Positions 37,766 through 52,004 of a stretch of DNA of 64,000 bases are shown piece by piece (within the stretch, counting starts at the first letter, position 1; the number at the start of each line of letters is the position of its first letter). The DNA is from Octopus sinensis (Eukaryota): the NCBI RefSeq assembly GCF_006345805.1, contig NC_043014.1, positions 8,742,001 to 8,806,000 on the forward strand. The letters run 5' to 3'. The notes below the pieces were generated by a model. It saw only the letters and a list, made by a program, of their open reading frames with translations. It was not told the origin of the DNA and did no database searches. Both the position numbers and the translations under genes were made by a program.

Positions 37766-38045
37766 GCGCAATGTGTTGTGTGTTTATTGAGCGAAAACAC
37801 CTAAAGCTCCACGAGGCTCTGGTAGGAGGTGACCCCTGTTGTACTCTTTCGCCCCAACTTTCTCTCACTCTTTCTTCCTGTTTCTTGTCCCCTATTTCCT
37901 ACGCAACAGCTGAGCCTGGATGTGCATTCATCCATCCGTCGATGCTCTCGGTGTCGGGTGTTGACCTGCTTTCTCTTCTGCGGGTCTTACGAACAGCAAA
38001 GGACCACACCTCGGACTTCTCCCAGGCGCTCAACAAACAAACAAG
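37766..38045 (+). mobile_element. SINE family C with a deleted head and an alternative tail
   Basis: Body gtttattgagcgaaaacacctaaagctccacgagg followed by a unique tail ending in (caaa)n. Confidence 0.7.
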
Positions 38046-38595
38046 CAGAACCAGCAACTTCGATATCGTAAAACACATCTGCCACCATGGTACACTTTTC
38101 AGACGACACGAACGGACACTCAAGATATCTCTGGATTTTAAACCTAAAACCGCTCCTGGTTCTATGATACAAACTCCCTTATTTAAAGTGGTCTTTATTA
38201 AAACCTTACATAAATTTTTTTTTGTGAATTTATGCCCTAAACACCAGGTTAATTAATAATAACGAAATCACGTTAATTAATTCTTTGAATTTTGTTTTTC
38301 AAAATTAATTGTAAGAAATACTGTGTATTTCAACAGAAATATGGTAACAGAAAGGAAATTTCTTAAACGCCTTCGATTCACAGACGAGATAGTTTCCGTA
38401 CCAAGAGATCTGGTCAAACTTCAAACTATGGCAGGACAATTGCATACAAAAGTAATGCAATGTAGCAAGGCTAAAAATGAAATAAGGATGGCGTGAGACG
38501 AGAAGCAAGAGAAACGGTTTCGTGTTCAGAAAACTTAATGAAGTCCCTGGTGTAAAAGTAAAAGAAATATATCTTCAAACAATAAAGACAACAAG

Positions 38596-38901
38596 GTGAA
38601 GGCGCATGGCTCAGTGGTTAGAGCGTCGAGCTTACGATCGTGAGGTTGTGAGTTCGAATCCCGGACCGGGCTGCGTGAGAAAGACACTTTATTTCATATT
38701 GCTCCAGTTAACTCAGCTGTAGAAATGAGTTGCGACATCACAGGTGCCAAGCTGTATCGGCCCCTTTGCCTCTCCCTTGGATAACACTGGTGGCGTGGAG
38801 AAGGGAGGCTGGTATGCATGGGCGACTGCTGGCCTTCCATAAACCACCTTGCTCGGACTTGTGCCTCGGAGGGTAACTTTCTAGGTGCAATCCCACGGTC
38901 A
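38596..38901 (+). mobile_element. SINE family D
   Basis: tRNA-like head ggcgcatggctcagtggttagagcg...gagttcgaatccc; tail shared with 7846-8142. Confidence 0.8.
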
Positions 38902-40622
38902 GTATTTGCAATTAGCATTGGGTTTTTTTTTTTTAAATACGCTTCTAACAATTTTGAAATCATTAATAAATCTCCGAACGAGAGATATAAACAGTAACCG
39001 CTCGACAACGTAAAGTGTACTAGCCATCTGAATGTGGCTAGCCACTGGGGGTGGGGTGTTACTGACGCTTTTAGCCCCAGGAGATCAACGTCTAATGTTT
39101 CTTTTAAAACTATACAACGGTCGCTTTTCTCTGTCTCTCTCTTTCTCTCTTTCCATTCCCACACTCATACATTTGGCAGTGGTTAAGAAATTCGGCTTTG
39201 TAACAACGTGGTTTCAAGTTCGATTCCACAGCGGACCACCCTCAGCAAATGACTTCTACTACAAGGATCTGGGTCGACCAAGAACTTGCGAGAGAAGTGT
39301 AGAAGACAAAATCGGAGCTGAAGCCCGCCGTCTGTGTGTGTGTGTGTGTTGTGAGAGAGAGGGGGGAGGGAGGGAGAGAGCGAAAGGAGGGTATATAGTG
39401 ATACTGTATAGATATACACAGATAACGTAACATGTGTGACTGTACCACTGCTGATAGTGCATAAAATACACACACACACGGTGTATCGTGTTTTTGTTGG
39501 GGAAGGAATGGCTGCAGAAGACTGGTACTTTAATAGAGCTGAAAAATATAAACCTCATTCGGGTGCGTGTGTGTATGTGTATATGGCGCGCGCACACACA
39601 CGTACATAGACACAACTTTACGGAAAAAGACATACATAATAACAGAAAGACGAAGAATAAAAAAATGTGGAAATATCCCTCATCAGCTCTATAATCCGGA
39701 TTCACTGTGATTTCGCTACAAAGCACAACATCTGCTAAGTGTCGGTGATTGTAAACAATCACTAAGCGAAAAGACAAAAGACTTGTCGGACTAAAGTGTT
39801 TAGTGCTGAAATTATAATGAACCTGGTTTACATGGCTGATGAGTGGTATTTCTACGATTCTTTTTTTTTTGTCATTTTCCAAATCTTTTCACGTAACAGT
39901 TTTTGTCATTCTACCGCACCCAATCCATTTTCACAAACACACACACATTATATACACACGCACACACAACACACGCATACAAGTAACTTGGCTATGGTTC
40001 CTGAATATACTCACTATAGCCCCTACGCGCAGGGCCTCCAAGAGAAATTATACAAGGTGAACAGAGCTGGATAAACCCACCACACCAGGGTTCTATCAAA
40101 ATTCAAGGAAGCTATGAACAATTTTTTTATGTAGGAGCTTATCCGATATTCATGGGCTCTCAGGGTCCAAGACCAATATACTAGTAGTATCCCATCTCTT
40201 ATAATAGACTTTGCGTACAGCCCCTAAATATATACTGTGTTGGCCATTAATATATCGAAGGGTGAAGAAGAGCAATACAACAAAAAGTAGAAAATGGCTG
40301 CGGTGGAGTGTGGAGACGGAAATCTGATGATAAAGAAATACATCTTTAACTATACACGTACACCTATATACATACAAATATAGACACGCCTGCACACACA
40401 CACACACGGTAAAGTTTGGGGGAACAATCAGAATATGAACTTAATGCAGGAGCATTCATTACTAGACAGAAAATTACAAAAGTCACTCAAGGACCGACCG
40501 ATTAAAGAAATTAAAAATGTGTGCGTGTGTGTGTATGAATTCACTCGTATGAGCAAATGTGTTCATGACTATTAATGAATAGTAGTAACCGTTAGTCTAG
40601 GACCTATACCTAGACTCTAGAT

Positions 40623-40801
40623 CAGTGGTTTTCAACCAGGGTTCCGCAAGAAGTTAAAAAACTGCTAAAATCGGCAGTAATTTTTAATTCTCCTGTGCAG
40701 ATATGTGTGCATAAGACTATTAAATTATTGCACAGGGGTTCCTCGAGCTAGTGGAATGTTTCCTTGGGGTTCCCCTCCAGCAAAAAGTTTGAAAAGCACT
40801 G
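40623..40801. mobile_element. hAT (Charlie-like) MITE
   Basis: CAGTGGTTTTCAAC / TTTGAAAAGCACTG ends; perfect 8-bp TSD ctctagat. Confidence 0.9.
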
Positions 40802-41265
40802 CTCTAGATCTATGGTTGGAGTAATTGTGGTTTTTTGGGGTTTTTTAAATCATAGTCTCTCGTCTGCTGAACCACGGTTGACCCAGGGCTACACGATAAT
40901 TATCTACTAAAACCTAATTTATCAAAGAAAAGCGTGAGAAAAAAGTTTTGTGACTTTAATAATAACGATAAAGCAGGCAGCAGCGATGATGATGGTGGGG
41001 GAGGGTCGTCGTCGTCGTCTTAGTAATTATTGTTTACGTTATCGTCTTCATCAACGCCAGCGTCATTCATTAAAAGGAATAAGTTTTTAATGAGACAGAC
41101 AGACAGGCAAGCAAGAAAACAGGCAGGCAGGCATAAACAGCTCGCACGCGCATGCGTGTGCGTGTATATATATGTGTGTGTGTGTGTATATATGTGTGTG
41201 TGGTGTGTAGTGTGTGTGTGGTATATATTATATATAGTGTATGTGTGTGTGTGTATATATATATA

Positions 41266-41298
<33 letters not shown>

Positions 41299-41307
41299 GG
41301 GTGTGTG

Positions 41308-41378
<71 letters not shown>

Positions 41379-41508
41379 GTGTGTGTGCGTGTATATATAT
41401 GTGTGTGTGTATATATATATGTGTATGTGTGTGTATATATATATATATATATGCGTGTGTGTGTGTGTGTGTGTGTATATAGATGAAATATTGAATATAA
41501 AATATTAA

Positions 41509-41552
41509 GGGACTAGTATACTTTCTTGCATTAAAGCAGTCTTCAAGGTCCC
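41509..41552 (-). ncRNA. Variant hammerhead motif in a ~100-bp element embedded in (TA)n
   Basis: Minus strand: gggac-CTTGAAGA-ctgc(tttaat)gcaa-GAAAG-tata-CTA-gtccc; second copy at 60401-60443. Confidence 0.6.
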
Positions 41553-41930
41553 AGGTTGTGACAGGAGTGTTTCAACTGTCTATATATATATATGTATATA
41601 TATATATAATATACTGTCTATATATATATGTATATATAGAGAGAGAGGGGGAGACAGACAGACAGACAGAATACACTGACCCACAAACAATGTACAGAGG
41701 CAGGCAGGCAGGCACAGCAGACAGACAGATGGAGAGACAGACGGACGGACAGACAGACAGAAGAATAGACAGACCGACAGACAAGCAGAGTGACAGGTAT
41801 AAGGAGAGGCAAGTGGCGAGCAAGCCAAAGGCAACCACGACATTGTGGTCTGACCCGCGAGGGGAGAAAAAAAAAACCGGTTCAAATCTCACTGAAAATG
41901 AATCCCAGCGCTAGGAAATTATAAGAAATT

Positions 41931-42355
41931 GGATCTTTTCGGTTTGAACGGCATTTTTTCTAGCGGTGTCATATGAAATTGTCACCCATAATTATGACCC
42001 TAGTATCGATCTATTGCATTTCAATCTGTTTTAGGGTTAGGGTTAGAGTTAGGGGTGGGGGAAGGGTATCTTTTTTTCTTCACAAATGTAAATAAACCCA
42101 ATCTGCTTCTTAAACGAGGGACATATTCATACGGCACAGAATGTTTTCACCTCAATGGACGTCATTGATTGGTTGAAATTGCAGAAATTGAAGAAAAAAA
42201 CAACAACAACAACTATTTTACAAACTATAGAATTTTCTCAATAAAGCCAAGAGAAAAAGATGTTTTATAAACACATTCTACCAGTATACGAAGTTTAAAA
42301 GTGTTTAGTTACCTAGAAAATATGTTAAAAACTGCCGTTCAAACAGAAAAGATCC
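41931..42355. mobile_element. Merlin-like MITE, ~425 bp
   Basis: GGATCTTTTC TIRs; TSD aagaaatt/aagaagtt; internal ttaggg repeats. Confidence 0.85.
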
Positions 42356-42763
42356 AAGAAGTTTTACAACTTGGTCCCACAGGACCCTGAGAACAAACTG
42401 GTCTATAAGGAAAATTGGCCTAGGGCTAAAAAATAACAACTGACACACACATCATCAGATCCTATATAAAATACCACACACATACAAGCACAGAGACATA
42501 CACACTTCAATACATAAATATATGTGCGCGCGCGTGTGTGTAAGCACATTGCCCACATACATATAAACAGTCACACACACACCCACAAACCCCTTAGGAA
42601 TATAAACAGACACACACATATATACGAATCGCGTGCGTACGTGTGTATGTGTGTGTGCATGCGTGTATATGCACGCACGCGCATGTGTAGCACAGTTTTC
42701 TTTACAAGCTTAAACTGAGACAAAACTACGCGCGAGATAAACTTATTTTAAATAGACCTTATA

Positions 42764-42804
<41 letters not shown>

Positions 42805-42818
42805 CTCAAATAAAATCC

Positions 42819-43243
42819 ATGAAAAACAGGGTGCAAAGGATTTTGCGGTACATATGTTCGGGTTTATAGAACAAACTTATTCTTACATCAATGCATAATT
42901 GATATAATTAGATAGATCAAAAACCTTCTTCGGCCGCGTACAATGCTTACACCAAAGACTTGTATCACATTATAAAAAGGGTTGAGAAAAAGTATGTTGG
43001 GAAAGTATCTTTGTAAATCTTCGTAGGCCTTTGAAGATTTACAAAAGTACTTTCCCAGTGATACTCGGGTTTTTATCAAACCTTTTATAATGTGATACAA
43101 GTCTTTGGTGTAGCAATTGTACGCGGCTGAAGAAAGTTTTTGATCTATCTATTTATATCAATTATGCATTGATCTAAAAATAAGTTGTTCTATAAACCCG
43201 AAACATATATGTACCGCAAAACCCTTTCCATCCTGTTTTTCAT
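42819..43243. mobile_element. 425-bp palindromic PLE-like element between (TA)n tracts
   Basis: Centre at aggcct 43025-43030; arms are diverged reverse complements. Confidence 0.85.
43123..43217 (+). ncRNA. Type I hammerhead ribozyme with an intact core and an extended stem II
   Basis: gcgg-CTGAAGA-[~66 nt]-GAAAC-atatat-GTA-ccgc; palindromic stem III ACATATATGT. Confidence 0.75.
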
Positions 43244-43262
43244 TTCATTCTATATATATATA

Positions 43263-43300
<38 letters not shown>

Positions 43301-44279
43301 GTGTGTGTGTGTGTGTATTCCGCCGAGGTGGACTTTGCCTTTCGTCCTTTCGAAGTCGATTAAATAAGGTACCCGTTCGCATTAGGATCGATAATAATCG
43401 ACTTAATCCCTTCATCTGCCCTTGTTTGTCCCCTCTATGTTCAGCCACTGCCCCCGCCCCCGTTGGGCAATAAAGAAATACATGTGTCTGTGCATGTATA
43501 TATATATATATATATATATATACACGCACACAGAATACAGACCCTTTCATACAGGGACTAAAACAAGAATTATACAATTTTATAAATGATTAGCATAAAA
43601 ACACAGACATTTTTAACATAGACACAACTTTGGATCTAAGAAATTATATATAGTACTCAGAGTATATCATAAAAGTATGTTTGTGGGAGAAATTGGTGAA
43701 TCTACTGGCTGCTACACCGAGTTTTATCACTCGGTACTTTTTTCTTCTTGTTTCTGTGGTCAACAACTGGAAGGAACCGCGTCGTTGGCGACGAGTGAGT
43801 GATTTCGGAACTTCCTAAAAATATACTTTATATCATGGATTGAGTACAATATCGCTTCTGAAGCTAAAACGTGTGTATATACTTGTATTTTTGTGCACGT
43901 TTATGTATATAAAAATACACACACACACATATCCAGTCACTATATACACACACATGTACTACATGTAGTTTGTATACTTATGCTATACGCGAAACAAAGC
44001 ATATTTAGTCGGAGAAACAATTATAGATTTATTATATTATTCATTCTTAATATTGAATAATGAGTTCAAAAAAGAGTTTAATAGACGGTGACTTGGGGTT
44101 TCTTAATTAGGTTTAATAATATATTTCCGTAGAACTTGCAAGTGCTACGGTTTAAATTTTTTTTTTATATTATCGCACCATGAAATGTGTGTGTGCGTAT
44201 GTATACACACAAGCACATGTAAATATTATATCTGTATACATTGTATTCATTCTGTTTTCTCGTATTAAAATTTGTCCAT

Positions 44280-44283
44280 AGAT

Positions 44284-44378
<95 letters not shown>

Positions 44379-44381
44379 GCC

Positions 44382-44424
<43 letters not shown>

Positions 44425-44902
44425 TAGATAGATAGATAGATAGATAAATAGACAAATAGATAGGTAAATAGATAGAGATATAGATAGACGGACAGATAGA
44501 CAGAAATATAGGTAATAGATAGATAGACAGACAGACAGAGAGATGACAGAGACAGATAAAGAGAGAGAGAGAGAGAGAGAGATAGACAGATAGACAGAGA
44601 GATAGATAGAGACAGATAGAGAGACAGACAGACAGACAGAGAGATAGAGGGATAGATAGATAGACAGACAGATAGAAAGACAGACAGACAGAGAGATAGA
44701 GGGATAGACAGAGAGATAGAGGGATAGACAGACAGATAGATAGGTAATAGATAGATAGACAGACAAACAGACAGAAAGATAGACAGACAGACAGAGAGAT
44801 AGAGGGATAGATAGATAGACAGACAGATAGAAAGACAGACAGACAGACAGATAGAGAGATAGACAGACAGACAGACAGATAGAGATAGACAGACAGACAG
44901 AT
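44280..44902. repeat. (GACA)/(GATA) compound microsatellite
   Basis: Direct inspection; source of the 286-aa SVCL-type ORF. Confidence 0.95.
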
Positions 44903-44982
44903 ATGCAGGATCCAGTTATAGGCGATCCTTCGTTACTATATTTATAGATATATTTATACATGCATATTTGTGCGTGTGTGTG

Positions 44983-45019
<37 letters not shown>

Positions 45020-45354
45020 CCTTTCCTCACACTAACATATAAATATATACACAGATATGCAGGAGATCCTTAGATAAAAACATCTGTTGGGTGTTCCACT
45101 CTGCTTCAAGAAAAAGGCTTACTTTATTCTAAAAATAGCAGCAAAACGTGTCATCTTACCCCGTCTGGCAAACTTTCTGAGTCGGCTTGTGTAAGTTGTG
45201 TAAGCTCCAGCAAAACATCCAGGCTTGGCTCTCTGCTGTTTAAATTAGAACCAGCGGGCTCTTCCATGATTTAAAAAGAAAGGTGCGTGACTCTCTGTGT
45301 GTGTGAGTGTGTGTGTGTGTGTGTGAGGGACAGAGGTGGGATAGGTGAAAAGAA

Positions 45355-45394
<40 letters not shown>

Positions 45395-45723
45395 GGGTAA
45401 TGATAACAATGAACAAGCACCACGGCCCTGTGAGGGAGGGAACTTTGGGGTGTCGGTGAAGTGGTTACAAGGTGAGGCGAGACAAATCTGTACAAGTAAC
45501 CAAATTTGTGTGGGTGTATCTATGTATGTATATGATATTATATATACATATATAATATATTGTTTGTATAGGATTTCTGTGTGTATGTGTGTGTGTGCGT
45601 ATGCATATGTATATCTTCAAGAAAAACGTGTGTGAGTGTATGTATATATGTATATATTTGTATTTGGTATTTAGGGGAACGATGTGCGTGTTTTATACGT
45701 AAGGGGAGAAAAGGAATTATATA

Positions 45724-45769
<46 letters not shown>

Positions 45770-46529
45770 TATATATATATATATTATATGTATCTCACGT
45801 TAACGAGTTTCCGCAAAGCAAACGGTGATGAAGTAAAGACTCCATGGTGAATAAATAAATTATTTATATATACATATAATAATATATATATATATATATA
45901 TATATATCTATATTATAATATTATCAAATAAATATATTTATCTCTCCCTGTTAGGTAATATTTAATCCAATACAGTAGTTTTCCGTGACTCCTCCGTTGA
46001 CAAATGACACAATGTTGATGGAGGTATTGTTGTTGGTGGTGGTAGTGTTGGTGGTGGATGTGGTCTTTTTTTTTTTTTGTCCGCTGAGTAACTTAAGAAC
46101 CATTTATCCAGTACAATAAATTATCCATTTATCTATATTTCTGGTTTACGACTTAACAAACAACAACTATCGAACGATCGATGATCGCTTGATCGATCGA
46201 TCAGTCGGTCGCTCGATTGATGTGAGAATCAGCCCCGAAACCGTGATGGGAAAGGCATCAACATCACATCACATCTTCCAGTCTCTTCCACCGTTATCAA
46301 CGCGCAAAGCCATGTCCTTATGATTGGAAATCCTCATAATAAGTCTGATACAAACGTCGGTGTATATATACATCTATATATGTTATTAGTATGAGCAAAG
46401 CGCGCGTGTAGGTGCGTGTATGAAGTGTGTGCCAGACCAGACGTTGTCCCAGTTCTGTACCCTATTTTCCCTCTACCAGGCACCCGGCGGCTGAGATTTA
46501 AAACGGGTAACATTAATACTAATAGCACA

Positions 46530-46578
<49 letters not shown>

Positions 46579-47868
46579 GATATGTATGTATAACTACATT
46601 ATGGTTCTCATCACTTTCCACTCTCCTCTACTAATTAATATTACGATATGGATTATAATTATATTGTTAAACTTTCAAACTTTTTCTATGTGTGTCTGTG
46701 CTGTGCATCAGACCTCTATACGTCCTCGTTGTGGTTATTGTTGTTGTTGGTGTTGAAGCGATGGAGAACCGAGCGTAGAAAGTAATAAGGTGTCGTCCTC
46801 CACCAACACAAAAACCTTCTGATTTCTCTTCCTTACCAACACCGACGTCACCGTCGCCACCACACGTACGTTTCCACACACATCCACATACGCACACATA
46901 CACACACAAGGAAAGGGTGGGAGGAGAAGACACGGAGTTGCGGGAAGAGAAAGGTGCGTTGAAAGAGGGGTCGAGGTAAAAGATAGAGAGAATAAAGGAG
47001 TCGGAGTAGAGTAAGAGGGTCTGAAAGAAAAAGAAAAAAAACAGAGGGAAGAAAGACTAAGAAAGACGAGGGAGTGAGAACAGACAAAATACAGGTTTGC
47101 GAGAGAGGGAAACGAATGGTGGGAGTCAGAGGGATAAGAGGCGAAAGGAAGTGAAAAATATGTACAGGGAAATGAGGAGGAGAACGTAAGGAGTTATTAG
47201 AGAGGGTGAAAGAGAGGTAGAGAGAAAGAGAGAGAGAGAGATAGGGTTACGAGAATAGAAGTGAAGGGAGGGAGAAAGAGTAAGAAAGACGGGGTCGGAG
47301 TAAAACGTTAAGGCAGTGGTGGGGAGGAAGGAAGAAAAAGAAGAAATAGGTGTGATGGGGGGGGGACGAAAGTTGTGCGGCTGCTGCTGCTGCTGTTTGT
47401 TATGGTTTAAAGTGAGGGTGACGGTAGCGGGAGGAGTAGCAAGGAAGGGGAGAGCGGGAGAAAGATAAGGAAAAAGATAACAACGTTAATATGAGCAGGT
47501 CTGATGTGTAAGTGCATGCACCTGTGTATGTGTGTGTGTATGTGTGAGTGTGTGTATGAATGTGAATGTGAGTGTGTGTACGTGAGTGTGTGTATGTGTG
47601 AGTGTGTGCATGTGTGTATCTGTGTGTGTATGTGTGAGTGTGTGTATATGTGAGTGTATGTATGAGTGTGTGTATGTGCGAGTGTGTGTGGGTGAGTGTG
47701 TGTATGTATGAGTGTGTATGCGTGAGTGTGTGTGTATATGTGAGTGTGTGTGTGTGCGTGTGTGTATGTGTGAGTGTGTGTACACAGATCTTTCTGTGAA
47801 CAAAGTTTGTGTACTTTGAATATAAGCGGGAATGTACACTGCACATGTGTGTGTGTATGTATGTATAA

Positions 47869-47905
<37 letters not shown>

Positions 47906-48441
47906 AAGTGAATGGCAAGTTAGAGGTAGTGTGTGTGTGTGTGTGTGTGGTTGCTCTGTAGTTCGAGATTGTTGGCGGTACAATATCAGTGTGGTGGTGG
48001 TGGTGGTGTGTCAGGGAGGATGTGAAGTGAGTGGGACAGCTAACCTAACCCTGGTGTCTCGGTAGCGTGTTATGTGTCGGGTTGGTGGTGTTTACGTTTT
48101 TACATTCACAAGAAGCGAGCTCTAACAGATGAGATAATCAGCATAATACCGAAATACACACACATACACCATCACCACTGCAGACTCTTTCTCTCTCTCT
48201 CTCTCACTCCTCACATATACACAAAACCCGCTAACACCACCATCGTCATCACCTCAGGAGCAATAATCACTCGCTAAAACACTTCTGCGAATCATAGGTG
48301 ACTTGAGAAATTTTCGACGGCTTTGCGTGATGCAGTCAAGCGCCTAAATCAGTTAAAACATTTATGCCCAACACTTCTCTCTCTCTCTCTCTCACCCTTC
48401 ATGCTGAATTCAAATCCAGAGAAGATTGTTCAGATCTTTCA

Positions 48442-49048
48442 TACCTATTTCTTTACTACCCACAAGGGGCTAAACACAGAGGGGGCAAACAAGGACAGAC
48501 AAACGGATTAAGTTTAGATTATATCGACTCCAGTGCGTAACTGGTACTTAATTTATCGACCCCGAAAGGATGAAAGGCAAAGTCGACCTCGGCAGAATTT
48601 GAACTCAGAACGTAAAGACAGACGAAATACCTATTTCTTTACTATCCACAAGGGGCTAAACACAGAGAGGACAAACAAGGACAGACAAACGGATTTAGTG
48701 GATTATATCGACCCCAGTGCATAACTGGTACTTATTTAATCGACCCCGAAAGGATGAAAGACAAAGTCGACCTCGGAGGAATTTGAACTCAGAACGTAGC
48801 GGCAGACGAAATACCTATTTCTTTTTCTACCCACAAGGGGCTAAACACAGAGAGGACAAACAAGGACAGACAAACGGATTAAGTCGATTATATCGACCCC
48901 AGTGCGTAACTGGTACTTAAATTATCGACCCCGAAAGGATGAATGGCAAAGTCGACCTCGGAGGAATTTGAACTCAGAACGTAGCGGCAGACGAAATACT
49001 GCTAAGCATTTCGTCCGGCGTGCTAACGTTTCTGCCAGTTCGTCGCCT
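48442..49048 (-). mobile_element. SINE family B array (three units)
   Basis: One head followed by three ~185-bp units. Confidence 0.9.
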
Positions 49049-49304
49049 AAGATCGTTTATACTATCACGGTAGTTAAGTGAAGCCAGAGTTCGACTATAC
49101 CTTCCCTACAGGTACAGTCGAACACCAATAGGGGCTGGGAGTCTCCTTGTAAAATTCCTGCGGTTTCAAAGACAGGATAGAGTAACCAGTAAGAGAAATG
49201 TCAAGCGGATGTGACCCCTGATATATACATTAAACATAGGGTGCGTCTAAAACAGTTGTTCGAACTGCTAAAAATAGCACCCAAATCTCTCTTAAACGGC
49301 ATTC

Positions 49305-49709
49305 GGATCTTTTCAGTTTGAACGGCAGTTTTTTTCTAGCGGTGTCATATGAAATTGTCACCCATAATTATGACCCTAGTATCGATCTATTGCATTTCAA
49401 TGTTTTAGGGTTAGGGTGGGTATCTTTTTTTTCTTCAGAAATGTAAATAAATCCAATCTGTTTCTTAAACGAGGGACATATTCATACGACACAGAATGTT
49501 TTCACCTCAATAGACGTCATTGATTGGTTGAAATTGCTGAAATTGAATAAAAAAAACAACAAATATCTTACAAACTATAGAATTTTCTCAATAAAGCCAA
49601 GAGAAAAAGATGTTTTATAAACACATTCTACCAGTATACGAAGTTTAAAAGTGTTTATTTGCGTGGAAATTATTTTTTTAAAAAACTGCTGTTCAAACCG
49701 AAAAGATCC
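49305..49709. mobile_element. Merlin-like MITE
   Basis: GGATCTTTTC TIRs; collinear with 41931-42355; no TSD visible. Confidence 0.85.
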
Positions 49710-50079
49710 AACTGAACAATATTGTGCCTAGCTTTAGAAAATACGGGATGGGGTTGATCACGGATAAAATGCTCTGAATCATAAAGTCGGTTAACGAGCA
49801 ATTTACCGTTGTGTAATAGTGAAAGTAAACTGTGCTAAAACAACAACAAAAAAATTGCGGTAGAAACTGAAAGTGATGTCAGTGACATGCTAAAATTTCA
49901 TTAAAGGAACAATTAATTCTTTCATTAAGTCTCGTACTCGGGCACCAACTTGTAGAGTAAATACTAGTGGTGCAGTATTTCAAAAATAGCAGCTAAAATA
50001 CACCGTTCCATCGTATTTTTAGACTAGCAAAGAACACTATTAAGAAGGCATGTTAGTGGCTTCTGTGTCGACGCATAAC

Positions 50080-50665
50080 TTTTCTACTCTAGGCACGAGG
50101 CCCGAAATTTTGAAGGAGGGGACAAGTTGATTATATCGACCCCAGTACGGAACTGGTACTTCGGAATTTGAACTCAGAACGTAGCGGCAGACGAAATACC
50201 TATTTCTATTTCTTTACTACCCACAAGGGGCTAAACACAGAGGGGACAAACAAGGACAGACAAACGGATTAAGTCGATTATATCGACCCCAGTGCGTAAC
50301 TGGTACTTAATTTATTGACCCCGAAAGGATGAAAGGCAAAGTCGACCTCGGCGGAATTTGAACTCAGGACGTAGCGGCAGACGAAATATCTATTTCTTTA
50401 CTACCCACAAGGGGCTAAACACAGAGGGGACAAACAAGGACAGACAAACGGATTAAGTCGATTATATCGACCCCAGTGCGTAACTGGTACTTAATTTATT
50501 GACCCCGAAAGGATGAAAGGCAAAGTCGACCTCGGCGGAATTTGAACTCAGAACGTAAAGACAGACGAAATACCTATTTCTTTACTACCCACAAGGGGCT
50601 AAACACAGAGAGGACAAACAAGGACAGACAAACAGATTAAGTCGATTATATCGACCCCAGTACGT
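50080..50665 (-). mobile_element. SINE family B array (headless) ending in the alternative tail
   Basis: Repeated 184-bp units; terminal gcctcgtgcctagagtagaaaa. Confidence 0.85.
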
Positions 50666-50949
50666 AAATCGAATTACCTTGACAACGCTCTTTTCCAATA
50701 TTCAGATGGCTTCTAGTCCTTCCATGCCAGCTAACTTTTTTTCGGCTATAACTTCATTTTTTTTTCAGGAACAGCTTTGATAAATTAGTGAACAGTCAAC
50801 AGCATTTTAAGAGCATAACGCTTTGAGACATGCAAACTCGTGAAATTTAACCCCAAAACTCCGTATTCTTTATTACCCTAACTCACCAAGACCGCGGTTT
50901 TCCAGCTAAGAAAATATATACCTCTCTCTACACCAGAGGAAGGAAGGAA

Positions 50950-51328
50950 GCACTCCGTCGGTTACGACGATGAGGGTTCCGGTTGATCCGAATCAACGGA
51001 ACAGCCTGCTCGTGAAATTAACGTGTAAGTGGCTGAGCATTCCACAGACACGTGTACCCTTAACGTAGTTTTCGGGGATATTCAGCGTGACACAGAGAGT
51101 GACAAGGCCGGCCCTTTGAAATACAGGTACACAGAAAACAGGAAGAAGAGTGAGAGAAAGTTGTGGTGAAAGAGTACAGCAGGGATCACCACCATCCCCT
51201 GCCGGAGCCTCGTGGAGCTTTAGGTGTTTTCGCTCAATAAACACTCACAACGCCCGGTCTGGGAATCGAAACCGCGATCCTATGACCGCGAGTCCGCTGC
51301 CCTAACCACTGGGCCATTGCGCCTCCAC
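50950..51328 (-). mobile_element. SINE family C, full length
   Basis: Intact head; tail shared with the family D copy at 61876; approximate TSD ctctac..cagaggaa. Confidence 0.9.
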
Positions 51329-52004
51329 CTCTACCAGAGGAAATATCAGTGGAAAAAATTTTCCCTATCATCCTTAACTAATGAGAAGATAAAATACGGT
51401 TTCTATCGTTATAATTCGTTCATTTTCGTGATGTGGAACAAATTTTACGAAACTGAAGTACAGAAGGAGGAGGGATCTTTTCCGTTTGAAGGCCAGATTT
51501 TCTAGTTAACTAAATAATTTGAAACATACAATAATATGGTAATTTGTCCGCCCTGTTTTCAATCCTTACAAGTTTTCTCAAGGGAGTCTGTCCCTTCTAT
51601 GAAAAGAAACTCTGTACCGAGACATCCCTTTTTCAAATACAATGTAAATCATTTGTTTTGATTACTTTGGGACGAAATTATTTCGGGGACAAATAACCGA
51701 CTGATAATTGCATTTAAATAAAGGGTCTGTGACCCATTAGTTTCTGATAACAATAACAGTTTGATAACATTACTCATGATTATAATAAGGTGGTTGTATT
51801 GTATATGACTCTCTTCTTCACACAGTATTTTGCATGACTGTAGATTCTGTAGTGGAGGGCGGGGAAAGAAAGGGAAATAAATGGAGGAAGATATCATATC
51901 AGTTGGTACGGATGAGATCTGAACAGAATGCCGAGTAACGAAAGAATTAAACGTTGCCATACAGTAAGGTTCAGGGTCTAGTGTTTCGCACTAAATTTTG
52001 CAGA

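Noticed and set aside
38596-38670. tRNA-like sequence (also 53411-53485 and 61878-61950)
   Set aside because: A and B boxes are present, but the acceptor stem does not close properly and the sequence continues into a SINE body; these are SINE heads, not tRNA genes.
42030-42058. TTAGGG repeats suggesting an interstitial telomere (also ~21930, 28860 and 49404)
   Set aside because: Only a few degenerate units, all internal to MITE copies.
44170-45030. 286-aa ORF and the many similar YI/CV/HT/SIYL-rich ORFs (e.g. 23631-24422, 30204-30809, 41030-41482)
   Set aside because: They are translations of stop-free microsatellites with no protein-like complexity.
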